From assembly GCA_963835535.1 (NCBI GenBank), contig CAWIFL010000004.1, positions 192,328 through 256,327 on the forward strand: a stretch of DNA of 64,000 nt, written 5' to 3'. Made by a program: the position numbers and the translations under genes. The notes beneath the pieces were generated by a model, which was not told the DNA's origin, did no database searches, and worked only from the letters and a program-made list of their open reading frames with translations. The stretch is from an uncultured Gemmatimonadales bacterium. GTDB taxonomy: Bacteria > Gemmatimonadota > Gemmatimonadetes > Gemmatimonadales > JACORV01. Shown here in pieces: positions 42,607 to 51,887 of this stretch; positions within the stretch are counted from its first letter, which is position 1, and each line of letters opens with the position of its first letter.

Positions 42607-44594
42607 CGGGTCTCGAGGATCGCGCGCGCCACGTGGTCCGCGACGGCCATGATCGTGATCATCGGGTTCACACCGCTCGAAGTCGGGAAGGCGCTGGCGT
42701 CCGCCACGTACAGCCCCCGCACGTCGTGCGATTCACCGGCTTCGCCGACCACCGAGTGGGCCGGGTCGGCGCCCATCGCGCAGCTCGCCATCTGGTGGAA
42801 GGTGATGTACGACATCCGGCAGTGCCGGTAGCCGCGGCCGTCCATCGCGGCGCCGAAGCGCTCGAGCCAGCCCTTGTCGCCGGGCCGCGCGCGCGCCGGG
42901 GGCGTGTGGAGCGAGAAGATCTCCGTGGCGCCCGCCGCGGCGAGCAGCTCGGCGGCGCCCGTGAGCCCGCGGCGCGCGTGCTCGAGATCGAATCCGGAGA
43001 GCTCGTAGTGGACGCGGGGCCTCCCCTCGCGGCTCGTCTCCACCCGCCCGGCGTCCCGATCACGCACCAGGACGCCGACGATGCTGAGATTGCCCAGCCG
43101 TGACACGTCCTGCTTGAACTGCGCCGCGCTCTCCCAGCCGAAGCCCGAGGCCGGGAGCGCGAAGTGCACCGGCGCGGTCTCGAACTTCACGCCGTACCCG
43201 TCCCGCTGGTCGGCGAACTGATCGGAGTAGCGGGTCTGGAGGCCGCCGGTCCACGGCTCGACGCGCTCGGGGAAGATCCCCGCCACCGCCGTCGCGGGAT
43301 GGAGGCGCAGGCCCCGCCCGATGTTGCGGTTGGCGAGGCCCGACCGGGCCAGGAGCGCCGGCGTGTAAATCGCGCCGCAGGCCGCGACCACCACCGGGGC
43401 GCGGACGGTGAGCGAGTGGGGCTTCCCTCCGGGGGTGCGGACCGTCGCGACGGCGCCGGTAGCGCGGCCCCGCTCGATCAGGATCCGCTCGACGTCGCAG
43501 TGCGCCACCAGCCGGGCGCCGGCGATCGCCGCGTCCGCGAGGTAGGTGCGCGCGGTGGAGTTCTTGGCGCCGTGCCGGCAGCCGTAGGTGCAGAACCCGC
43601 ACTCGAGCCCTTCCTTGCAGCCGGTCACGTTCCGCGGAATGACGTCCAGGTGCCAGCCGAGGGCGCGGCAGCCGCGCTCCAGGATGGCGTCGCGCACGCC
43701 GGGCGTGGACCAGAGCGTGTTGACGTCGAGCCGCCGGCTGACGCGCGCGAGCGACTCCTCGAAGGGCGCGGCCCCGAAGAAGGGCAGGCCGCTCAGCCGC
43801 GCCCACTCCTCGCGGGTCGCGGCCGGGAGCGGGAAGCTGGTCGTGTAGTTGATCACCGTTCCGCCGCCGAGGCAGCTCCCGGCCAGGATCGGCATCGAGC
43901 CGCTCTGCGTCATGAGGAGGCCGCCGTCGAGGTAGAGCGCGCCGAGCATGTCACCCTCGACCTGCGTCATGTCCGCGGAGCCCGGGTTGCCGCCCTTCTC
44001 GAGCACCACGACGCTCCGGCCGGCCTGGGCGAGTAGACCCGCCACGACGCCGCCCCCGGCGCCGGAGCCGAGCACGACCGCGTCGCAGTCGAGCACGGTG
44101 TCCCGTTCCACCGCCAGGGTCGGCAGGGGCGCCACCGCGGCGGCCGGCTGCGGGAGCGGGCCCGGATAGCCCGTCGCGCGCCACGCCGGGTGACCGCCGT
44201 CCTCCATCGGCCAGCAGTAGTACGCGACGTGCGCAAGGCGCTTGAGGGCCTGGAACCCGGCGCGGCGCAGCGGAATGGACGAGGTGGCGTAATCCCGGAG
44301 CGTCGCCTCGCGCGCCGTGGCGTCCATCGCCTGGAGCGACTTGAATCGTCCCGTCAACAGCAGGTTCGCGGCCGGTGAACCGAGGCCGGCGAGGAGCATC
44401 TTGAGCCGGGACCGGTCGAGCGGGTCCTGCAGGGAGGCGATGAGGCGCGTTACGCGCTCGACGGTGCGGGCCGCGCGGGCGCCGGCGGCGAACAGGCCGC
44501 CGGGATCGTCGTCGCGGCGGATCTCGGGCACCAGCGTCTCGCACACGGCGGCGAGGACGGCGCGCTGATCGGCGGAGAGTTCTTCTGGCAGCAC
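42603..44594 (-). CDS. GMC family FAD oxidoreductase (long-chain alcohol oxidase-like) with an N-terminal extension
   Basis: 663 aa. DAVVLGSGAGGGVVAG FAD dinucleotide motif at ~residue 170, and the C-terminal GMC signature region (MGADP..VVGEAGESHDVRGLYVADAS). Confidence 0.85.
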   Translation of the reverse strand: MLPEELSADQRAVLAAVCETLVPEIRRDDDPGGLFAAGARAARTVERVTRLIASLQDPLDRSRLKMLLAGLGSPAANLLLTGRFKSLQAMDATAREATLRDYATSSIPLRRAGFQALKRLAHVAYYCWPMEDGGHPAWRATGYPGPLPQPAAAVAPLPTLAVERDTVLDCDAVVLGSGAGGGVVAGLLAQAGRSVVVLEKGGNPGSADMTQVEGDMLGALYLDGGLLMTQSGSMPILAGSCLGGGTVINYTTSFPLPAATREEWARLSGLPFFGAAPFEESLARVSRRLDVNTLWSTPGVRDAILERGCRALGWHLDVIPRNVTGCKEGLECGFCTYGCRHGAKNSTARTYLADAAIAGARLVAHCDVERILIERGRATGAVATVRTPGGKPHSLTVRAPVVVAACGAIYTPALLARSGLANRNIGRGLRLHPATAVAGIFPERVEPWTGGLQTRYSDQFADQRDGYGVKFETAPVHFALPASGFGWESAAQFKQDVSRLGNLSIVGVLVRDRDAGRVETSREGRPRVHYELSGFDLEHARRGLTGAAELLAAAGATEIFSLHTPPARARPGDKGWLERFGAAMDGRGYRHCRMSYITFHQMASCAMGADPAHSVVGEAGESHDVRGLYVADASAFPTSSGVNPMITIMAVADHVARAILETR

Positions 44595-44655
44595 TCGGTC
44601 CCGAACGGGGGACGTTCAACTTAAGTTGTGGCGTCCGCTACAGCGAGGCGTTGCG

Positions 44656-45153
44656 ATGGGCCGTGCCGACGCGAGAATCTCGATGCTGCTCAAGGTCCTC
44701 GACGGGGCGTTCGTGGCGCGGGGGTGGCAGGGCGCGACGTTGAGCGGCGCGGTGCGCGGCCTGACGGCGAAACAGGCGCTGTGGCGCCCCGGAGGTGACC
44801 GGTCACGACACAACATCTGGGAGCTGGTCCTGCACACGGCCTACTGGAAGCACGTGGTGCGGGAGCGGGCGGAGGGCAAGGGTCGGACCGCGTTCCCGCG
44901 TTCGCCCCGCAACTTCCCCGGCCTCCCGGCTCGCGCGGACGCCGCGGCGTGGAAGACGGACGTCGCGCTGATGAAGCGCCAGCACGCGCTCCTGAGGCGC
45001 GCGGTGGCGCGCCTGTCGCCGGCCCGGCTCGACGCCCCCGTGAACCGCTCCCCGTGGGTCGTGGCCGAACAGATCTTCGGCGTCGCCGCCCACGACCTGT
45101 ACCACACCGGCCAGATCCAACTTCTGAAGGCACTCCAGCGGCGGAAGCGCTAG
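44656..45153 (+). CDS. DinB-family (DinB_2) metal-dependent protein
   Basis: HNIWELVLHTAYWKH and HDLYHTGQIQLL supply the His triad positions. Start at ATG 44656 is preferred over the track start 44626. Confidence 0.75.
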   Translation: MGRADARISMLLKVLDGAFVARGWQGATLSGAVRGLTAKQALWRPGGDRSRHNIWELVLHTAYWKHVVRERAEGKGRTAFPRSPRNFPGLPARADAAAWKTDVALMKRQHALLRRAVARLSPARLDAPVNRSPWVVAEQIFGVAAHDLYHTGQIQLLKALQRRKR

Positions 45154-45161
45154 GGGTCGGC

Positions 45162-45638
45162 TCAGCGTGCCTGGCTGATCGTGATCTTGAAGCCGTCCGG
45201 GTCGGCGATCGCGAAGTCGCGCTCGCCCCACGACTCGTCCTGCGGGTCGTGGAGGAGCGTGCCGCCCCGCGCCTTGATCTGCGCGGCGATCACGTCAACG
45301 CTCTGCCTCGTGGTGCAGTAGATCCGGAACCCCGTGCCCTTGTCGCGGTCGCGGCCCAGCTTCCAGTCGTCCTGGCCCAGGTAGAACTCCACGGAGCCCG
45401 CGCGGAGCGTGGCGCCGCGCAGCTCGCCGTCCTTCTCCCAGCGCTCCGCGACGACGCAGCCCAGCACGTTCTGGTACCAGGCGACGCTGCGATGGATGTC
45501 GTTCACGGTGTAGCCGGGGGTCGCGGCCCGGAGCCGCAGGGTCTCCGGCTGCTTGCGGGTGGGGCGGGCCTTGGGACGCGCCGCCTTGCGGGCGACCTTC
45601 CTGGCGGGCTTCCGGGTGCTCTTCTTCTTGGCCGGCAT
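45162..45638 (-). CDS. VOC/glyoxalase-fold protein with a lysine/arginine-rich N-terminal tail
   Basis: AAGGA lies 8 nt before ATG 45638. Tail PAKKKSTRKPARKVARKAARPKARPTRKQP, then a glyoxalase-like fold ending DPDGFKITI. Confidence 0.75.
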   Translation of the reverse strand: MPAKKKSTRKPARKVARKAARPKARPTRKQPETLRLRAATPGYTVNDIHRSVAWYQNVLGCVVAERWEKDGELRGATLRAGSVEFYLGQDDWKLGRDRDKGTGFRIYCTTRQSVDVIAAQIKARGGTLLHDPQDESWGERDFAIADPDGFKITISQAR

Positions 45639-45788
45639 GGCGTCTGTCCTTGGTGTTCGGTGAAGCATCAAGCCTAGCGCGCCGCCCCCGCTCCCGCCAG
45701 CGACCCTCCTCGCGTATCACTTATCAGGTGGATCCAACGCGCATCACGCCGCACTCATCATCCATCACTCATCTGGGGGGTTAGCGTC

Positions 45789-46217
45789 ATGCCCGTTCGC
45801 AACGCATCGGCCGTCTGGGAAGGCGGCCTTCGGGGAGGCAAGGGGACGTTCAAGGCGGGGAGCGGCACGGTCGGCGGCAACTACGGGTTCGGATCGCGCT
45901 TCGAGGAGGCGCCGGGCTCCAATCCCGAGGAGCTGATCGCCGCGGCGCACGCCGCGTGTTTCAGCATGGCGCTCTCGGCGGGGCTGGAGCGCGGGGGGAA
46001 GGTCCCGACGCGCGTCGAGACCAAGGCGGCGTGCACGATCGAGAAGGTCGGCGACGCCTTCCGGATCACGAAGATGAGGCTGGTGGTACGCGCCAAAGTG
46101 CCGGGACTCGACCAGGCGGGCTTCGCCAAGGCGGCCGAAGACGCCAAGAACGGGTGCCCGGTCTCCAACGCCCTCAAGGGCAACGTCGCCTTCGAGCTCG
46201 ACGCGAAGCTGGAGTAA
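45789..46217 (+). CDS. osmC: OsmC family peroxiredoxin
   Basis: 142 aa. NPEELIAAAHAACFSMAL and NGCPVSNAL contain the two conserved cysteines. Confidence 0.9.
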   Translation: MPVRNASAVWEGGLRGGKGTFKAGSGTVGGNYGFGSRFEEAPGSNPEELIAAAHAACFSMALSAGLERGGKVPTRVETKAACTIEKVGDAFRITKMRLVVRAKVPGLDQAGFAKAAEDAKNGCPVSNALKGNVAFELDAKLE

Positions 46218-46223
46218 CTCCCG

Positions 46224-49200
46224 CTACGGCCGCTGCGCCGGCCTCGGATAGGCCGGCGCGGGCGGCACCGGGACGGGGTGCTCCCGGATCTGCTGCTCGA
46301 GATACGCGAGGCCCGCCTCGAGCTGGGCATCGGCGCCGCCGAAGGTCGCGTGCGGCAGGTTGTCCACCACCGTGTCGGGGTCCACGCCGTGGCCCTCGAC
46401 CAGCCACGCGCCTTCCGGCCCGTACACGCCGAACTCGGCGGCGGTGGCGATCCCGCGATCGACCAGGACGTTGCTGGACGTGAGCCAGATCTCGCCGCCC
46501 CAGGTGCGCGTGCCGATGATCCGGCCCAGGCCGAGGCGCCGGAACCCCTCGCTGAATGCCTCGCCGTCGGACGCGGTGTTCCCGTCCACCAGCAACGCGA
46601 GGTGGCCCCGGAACGCGGACTGCATGTTCCAGTAGGGGTTGCCGACCCGCGGCTGCCAGTACATCCACGCCTTCCGGAGCAGGCGGCCCAGGATCCAGCT
46701 GTCGATGTTGCCGCCGTTGTTGTGGCGGACGTCGATGATCAGCCCCTGCCGGTTGAAAACCGGATAGAACTCGCGGACCCACTGCGCCATGTCGCTGGAT
46801 GTCATCGCCCTCAGGTGCACGTACCCGATCTGGCCGTGACTGGCGCTGTCCACCAGGAGCCGGCGCGAGTACTCCCAGTCGTCGTACCGCAGGCCCTGCG
46901 CCCGCTGCTCCGGAATCGACGTGACGATCACGTCGCGCGTCGCCGCGGCGCCGGCGGGCTTGATGCGCAGGCGCACCTGGTGGTCGGCCTGGTTGCGGAG
47001 GAGCAGCGCGGGATCGGGCACGCTCAGCGTTGCGACCCCGTCGATCATCTGAATGACGTCGCCCTCCTTGACGCTCACATCGGGCTGCGCCAGCGGCGAG
47101 AGCTGCGACGGATAGTCGGGATCCGAGCGATAGATGCGCGCCACGCGCCAGCCCCCGCCGGCGCTGTCCCGGTCGAGAACCGCGCCCAAGAAGCCGGGTT
47201 GGATCTGGTCGCGCCCGCGGCGCAGGTCGCCGCCGTACACGAAGGTGTGGAGGGCGGACAGGTTGCTCACCATCTGCGCCAGGAGATCGGACAGCTCGTC
47301 GCGATCGGTGACGCGGTCCACCAGCGGCTGATACTTCCGCAGGATCGCGGGCCAGTCGTTGCCGTGCATCCCGCGGTCGTAGAAGTAGTCGCGCTCCAGG
47401 CGCCACGCCTCGACGAACATCTGCCGCCATTCCTCGCGCGGCGGGTACGAGAACGCCCAGCCGGAGAGGTCCACCTTCGTCTTGGCACCCAGCGTCGCGT
47501 TCGCCGACGCGCTGGCCTCGATCACGTGCAGGTCGTTGCCCTTCCGGACGAGCAGCTTCTTCCCGTCGGCCGAGAGCTCGTAGCCGCGAATGTCCTCGAC
47601 CAGCCGGACCGGGTCCCCGGGATCGCTCTTCACGTCCAGCGCCATCAGATGCCGCTTCCCGTTGACGTCCGACTCTTGCGTGGTCCAGAAAAGGCGGCTG
47701 CCGTTCACCGTGAGGTCGCCGAGGTTGCCCGCGGGGACCGGCACCTCGTAGAGACGTTGCGCGATGCCGTCGAGCGTCACCGTGACCGGGTGCGTACTGT
47801 CGGCGGCGGCCTTCTTCGTCGTGTCGGCGAGCGCCCGACGGCTGCGGGATGCCACGGCGGCGGGCGCTGACGCCGCGGTTGCCGGACGGCGCGCGCTGTC
47901 TTCCTTCACCAGCTCGTCGGCGGGACGGAAGGGGGAGCGCAAACCGGTCGTCAGCGCGAGCTGATAGATCCTGGTCTGCTTGTCGAAGAACGGTTCCGGC
48001 GCGCGCGGCCCCCACGGCGCGCCGACCAGGCTCTGGAAGTTCCGGTCGGAGAGGAAGTAGAGCCACTTCCCGTCGGGGCTCCAGGCCGGGCTGTACGAGT
48101 CCACGCGGTCGCTGGTGACGGGGATGGCGCGACCCTGCTCGATCGAATGCAGCACGATGCGCCCGAAGGTGGCGCTCGGCGCGACGTACGCGAGCCACTT
48201 GCTGTCCGGTGACCAGGTGAGGTCGGAAAACTCCCCGTCGCTCGACGCCGCGATCCTGGTCGCCGTCTTGGCCGCGAGGTCGTAGAGCCAGAGCTGCTGG
48301 TTCTTGTCGGCATAGGCGAGGGACTTCCCGTCGGGGGACATGACGCCGTCGAACCGGAGCACGTCGGCCCCGCTGGTCATCTGCTCCGGCTCGCCGACGC
48401 CGTTCGCAGGGAGGCGCCACCAATCCGTCTCTCCCGTCTGGTCGGAGAGGACGTAGACGGACGCGCCGTCGGGGGCGAACCGAGCGGAGCGGTACCGCAC
48501 ACCCGGATGCCGCGACGCTTCGACGAGGCGGCCCGGCCCCACCGGCGCCACGAAGACCTGGCCGCGCGCGGTCAGCACGACCCGGTCGCCCGTGGCCGAG
48601 AGGTGGGCCGCGGAGAGGTACTCCATCGGGCTGGTGACCCAGTGCTCGCGCGCCTGGTCGAGGTCCGAGGCCAGGGTGATCGGGATCTCGTGGTCCTCGC
48701 CGGTCGCGATGGTGAAGAGGCGGAGGTCGGCGCCGAGCTGGTAGACGATGCGGCCGTCGTCGAGCGACGCCCCGCGGATGTCCCACTCGCTGTGATGCGT
48801 GTGCTGCCGCAGGTCCCCCCCGTCGGGCGTCATGGACCAGAGGTTCATCGTCCCGTCGCGGTCGCTCAGGAAGTAGATGCGGCCCTGCCAGACCATCGGG
48901 TTCTTCGAGGTGCCAGCGTAGCCAGCCGTCAGCGGCCGGGCCTCGGCGTCGCCGGGCCCGAAGCGCCAGAGATTCTGCGCCGTGCCGCCGTGGTAGCGCC
49001 GCGTGTGGCTCCCCTGGAAAGCCAGGCGGGTGAAGAAGAGGGTGCCCGCGCCGTCGTACGCGCCGTCGGCCGCCTGCGCCAGCGGCACGAGCGCCGGTGC
49101 ATCGGTGGCCGTGTCGAGGCGCACCAGCTGCGTATTCGGGAGCGTCGAGAAGTTGCGGGTCGCGTAGAGGATCGCGCCGTCGGGGGTCCATCCGACGACG

Positions 49201-49526
49201 GTGGTGTTGCCGGCGAACGTGCGACGGGTGGGGAGCCCGCCCGCGATCGGCATCGTGTACACGTCGGCGGGGCCCTCATAGGTCCCGGTGAACGCGACCG
49301 TCCGCCCGTCCCGCGAGATCGCGGCGTTGGTCTCCAGGCCCGGGTTCGAGGTCAACCGCTGCGCGCGGCCGCCCTGGGCCCCTACCACCCAGAGATCTCC
49401 TTCTGCGGTGAAGACGAGCGTGTCACCGTGAATGGAGGGGAAGCGGTAATAGCCGCGCGGCGCGGGAGCCTGCGCGGCCATGGGGACGAAGGCGAGGAGC
49501 AGGGCAAGCGCGATGGGCAGTCTCAT
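46224..49526 (-). CDS. Tricorn protease homolog (beta-propellers plus PDZ plus S41 peptidase)
   Basis: Start at ATG 49526 gives the signal peptide MRLPIALALLLAFVPMAAQA. YYRFPSIHGDTLVFTAEGDLW is the typical tricorn N-terminus. About 1100 aa. Confidence 0.9.
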   Translation of the reverse strand: MRLPIALALLLAFVPMAAQAPAPRGYYRFPSIHGDTLVFTAEGDLWVVGAQGGRAQRLTSNPGLETNAAISRDGRTVAFTGTYEGPADVYTMPIAGGLPTRRTFAGNTTVVGWTPDGAILYATRNFSTLPNTQLVRLDTATDAPALVPLAQAADGAYDGAGTLFFTRLAFQGSHTRRYHGGTAQNLWRFGPGDAEARPLTAGYAGTSKNPMVWQGRIYFLSDRDGTMNLWSMTPDGGDLRQHTHHSEWDIRGASLDDGRIVYQLGADLRLFTIATGEDHEIPITLASDLDQAREHWVTSPMEYLSAAHLSATGDRVVLTARGQVFVAPVGPGRLVEASRHPGVRYRSARFAPDGASVYVLSDQTGETDWWRLPANGVGEPEQMTSGADVLRFDGVMSPDGKSLAYADKNQQLWLYDLAAKTATRIAASSDGEFSDLTWSPDSKWLAYVAPSATFGRIVLHSIEQGRAIPVTSDRVDSYSPAWSPDGKWLYFLSDRNFQSLVGAPWGPRAPEPFFDKQTRIYQLALTTGLRSPFRPADELVKEDSARRPATAASAPAAVASRSRRALADTTKKAAADSTHPVTVTLDGIAQRLYEVPVPAGNLGDLTVNGSRLFWTTQESDVNGKRHLMALDVKSDPGDPVRLVEDIRGYELSADGKKLLVRKGNDLHVIEASASANATLGAKTKVDLSGWAFSYPPREEWRQMFVEAWRLERDYFYDRGMHGNDWPAILRKYQPLVDRVTDRDELSDLLAQMVSNLSALHTFVYGGDLRRGRDQIQPGFLGAVLDRDSAGGGWRVARIYRSDPDYPSQLSPLAQPDVSVKEGDVIQMIDGVATLSVPDPALLLRNQADHQVRLRIKPAGAAATRDVIVTSIPEQRAQGLRYDDWEYSRRLLVDSASHGQIGYVHLRAMTSSDMAQWVREFYPVFNRQGLIIDVRHNNGGNIDSWILGRLLRKAWMYWQPRVGNPYWNMQSAFRGHLALLVDGNTASDGEAFSEGFRRLGLGRIIGTRTWGGEIWLTSSNVLVDRGIATAAEFGVYGPEGAWLVEGHGVDPDTVVDNLPHATFGGADAQLEAGLAYLEQQIREHPVPVPPAPAYPRPAQRP

Positions 49527-49641
49527 GGCGCCCAACTTATGGAACGGGGTGCCGGGCGTCGAGACTGCGCTGGCAGTCGCCCGCCGGGGTCGGTATACTC
49601 GGCAGGCGACGGCGGCATTCCTCCCTGCACAGAGCGTCGAG

Positions 49642-50415
49642 ATGGCTTCGGGCAACTTCCACATCGGCATCATGGGCAACCTCTTCTCCGGGAAGACGAC
49701 GCTCATGAACGCCCTGGCCGGCGATCCCTACCGGTCCGAGCTGTCCGGCCTGCTCGGCACGGCGGAGACCCATTCGTTCTCCGAGCGCGTCGAGAAGGGC
49801 TCGCTCACCGACCAGTGCCTGGCGCTGTTCTACAAGGACCGCGTGGCGAACATCTTCCCCACCGAGACCGCGTTTCTCTGGATGCGCGTGCTCCAGCAGC
49901 GCGAGATCCGGCACCTGATGACCCGGGAGGGGAAGAGCGGGGTCCTCATCCTCGAGGACCGGCCGTTCCTCGACGGGCCGGAAGTGTTCGTGAAGCGGAT
50001 GATCGACTCGGGGGAGATGCCGGCCGCGCACGCCAGGCTCTACTACACCCTCTTCTACCAGCTGCTGCAGGTGGAGCGCGTCCGCCTGCCCGACCTCACG
50101 GTGTACCTGCGGACCGAGCCGGACCTGCTCGAGCGGCGGCGGGCGAAGCGGGCCGAAGAAGGCGACGCGTACGCCAAGACGATCACCGTCGAGTACCTGC
50201 GGGAGATCCACCAGGGGTACGAGCGGCTGGGGGTGCAGTGGCGCGAGACGCTGCGGAAGTACCAGGAATACGCGATCGTGCCCTCGGACGCGGACATCGT
50301 GATCCTGCCGGCGGAGATCGACATGTACGACCACCCCGACTACGTGCACGTGGCGGCGGGAACGATCCGCGAGAAGGTGCGCCGGATGGTGGCGTCGCGG
50401 AAGGCGGGTTCGTGA
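49642..50415 (+). CDS. Deoxynucleoside-kinase-fold P-loop kinase 1
   Basis: Start at ATG 49642. P-loop GIMGNLFSGKTTL, an EDRPF (ERS-like) motif, and a basic lid LLERRRAKRAEE. Confidence 0.7.
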   Translation: MASGNFHIGIMGNLFSGKTTLMNALAGDPYRSELSGLLGTAETHSFSERVEKGSLTDQCLALFYKDRVANIFPTETAFLWMRVLQQREIRHLMTREGKSGVLILEDRPFLDGPEVFVKRMIDSGEMPAAHARLYYTLFYQLLQVERVRLPDLTVYLRTEPDLLERRRAKRAEEGDAYAKTITVEYLREIHQGYERLGVQWRETLRKYQEYAIVPSDADIVILPAEIDMYDHPDYVHVAAGTIREKVRRMVASRKAGS

Positions 50416-51341
50416 AGGGGGCCGGCCGGATCCTCGAGGTGCGCGAGGACCCGCAGATCCGGCGGCACCAGATCGCGAACCGGCTCACGAACGTCGAGCG
50501 GCGCCTCCTCACCTACCTGGCGAAGAACCCGACGCTGGTCGTGTGCGTCGGCAACATCGGGGCGGGGAAGAGCTCGCTGGTGAAGCTGCTGGCGTACAGC
50601 ACCGGGATGAGCGCCCTGTTCGAGCTGCCCGACGAAGGGTTCGAGGACCACGTCGTGTCGAACCCCTCGCTCTATCCCCTGCTCGCGACCGCGAAGAACT
50701 CGGCCAAGCGGACGCTGGGGCGCTACTACGGCGCCATCAACGACTTCATCGCCTGCCAGCGCAAGGAGCCGGAGGGGAGCCCGGCGTGGCAGGCGGCGAA
50801 GAAGAACCTCGAGCACGCCGCGCTCGACATCCAGCACGCCTACCTCGACCTCCGGAAGATGCAGCTCGAGGCGGTGCCGCACCTCGCCGCGTCGACCTGC
50901 ATCGACGGCTCGCCGCTCGCCGACCGCTTCGCGTTCTGCGAGGTGCTCCACCGCGACATGGACGTGCCGTACCTGACGGCCGAGTCGCTCCGGGTGATCG
51001 ACGCGCGCTTGAAGAGCGAGTTCCGGCCGCTGGTCCAGCCGGGGCTGATGGTGCTCCTCAAGAGCCCGATCGACTACCTGCTCCGCAACATCCGCGAGCG
51101 GCAGCGCGACGAGGAGCAGACGCACTCCGACGAGATCCCCGAGGGGCTCGCGCGGCTGGTGCGGGCCCTGAACCCGCGCTACGAGCGGCTGGTGTCGAAG
51201 CTCCGGGAGAACGGGCTGTATCGGGGCCCGGTGCTGGCGATCGACGTGTCGAAGATCGACTTTGTCTCCAACGTGCGGCACCTGATTGCCGTCTACGAGG
51301 GGATCGAATCGCTGCTGGTGCCGAAGGACTTCCGGGCCTAG
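50412..51341 (+). CDS. Deoxynucleoside-kinase-fold P-loop kinase 2 (divergent, longer)
   Basis: GTGA overlap with kinase 1. P-loop VGNIGAGKSSL after a ~40-aa N-terminal extension. DGSPLADRF and the lid LLRNIRERQRDEE. Confidence 0.6.
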   Translation: MKGAGRILEVREDPQIRRHQIANRLTNVERRLLTYLAKNPTLVVCVGNIGAGKSSLVKLLAYSTGMSALFELPDEGFEDHVVSNPSLYPLLATAKNSAKRTLGRYYGAINDFIACQRKEPEGSPAWQAAKKNLEHAALDIQHAYLDLRKMQLEAVPHLAASTCIDGSPLADRFAFCEVLHRDMDVPYLTAESLRVIDARLKSEFRPLVQPGLMVLLKSPIDYLLRNIRERQRDEEQTHSDEIPEGLARLVRALNPRYERLVSKLRENGLYRGPVLAIDVSKIDFVSNVRHLIAVYEGIESLLVPKDFRA

Positions 51342-51355
51342 TTTTCCTCCCCCAC

Positions 51356-51427
<72 letters not shown>

Positions 51428-51431
51428 CTCG

Positions 51432-51887
51432 ATGAAACGCAACCTCCCCGCGGTCCTCGCCGCCGCTCTGCTCGCGCTGACCTGCACGGAGCCCTCGCCG
51501 TCGGTGGGCGGCACGTGGCGCCTCACGAGCTCCGCCACATACCCCCCCGATTTCGACATCGCGCCGGGGCAGCCGGAGGTCTGTGCCGACACCGGCGTGC
51601 TGACGCTGTCCGGCGGCGCTGCCTTCAGCGGCACGTACGACAGTCTCACCATCGCCTGCAACACCGGCGGCAGAACGACCGGGAACAACGGCCTGGTGAT
51701 CGACGGGGCGCTGGCCAGCGGGACCGTCTCCTTCAACTTCGACACGCCCGACTGGCTGTACGTGGGCACGGTCCACGGCGACAGCATGGGCGGGACCGTC
51801 ACGGACAGCCTCAACGGTATGCCGGGGAGGGAGGCGGCGACCGGGAGCTGGAGCGCGTGCGAGAGTCGGACATGCGGCACGAGATGA
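51432..51887 (+). CDS. Hypothetical lipoprotein
   Basis: Signal peptide with LALTC lipobox-like cysteine. Gly/Thr-rich mature part. No family recognised. Confidence 0.5.
   Translation: MKRNLPAVLAAALLALTCTEPSPSVGGTWRLTSSATYPPDFDIAPGQPEVCADTGVLTLSGGAAFSGTYDSLTIACNTGGRTTGNNGLVIDGALASGTVSFNFDTPDWLYVGTVHGDSMGGTVTDSLNGMPGREAATGSWSACESRTCGTR

Noticed and set aside
45700-45788. CATCAC-rich stretch (gcatcacgccgcactcatcatccatcactcatc) upstream of osmC, considered as a repeat or regulatory element.
   Set aside because: It is a short, irregular repetition with no dyad symmetry or second copy in the window. The evidence is insufficient.
46238-46258. Hairpin GCCGGCC-tcggata-GGCCGGC just after the osmC stop, considered as a terminator.
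   Set aside because: It lies inside the C-terminal coding sequence of the convergent tricorn protease gene (encoding ...PAYPRPAQRP) and has no T-tract, so I cannot separate a terminator role from coding constraint.
49480-49706. N-terminal extensions in the ORF track that make the tricorn protease (to 49706) and kinase 1 (from 49480) overlap head to head.
   Set aside because: Internal Met codons (49526 and 49642) give a textbook signal peptide and a P-loop close to the N-terminus respectively. The extensions are low-complexity and mutually overlapping.
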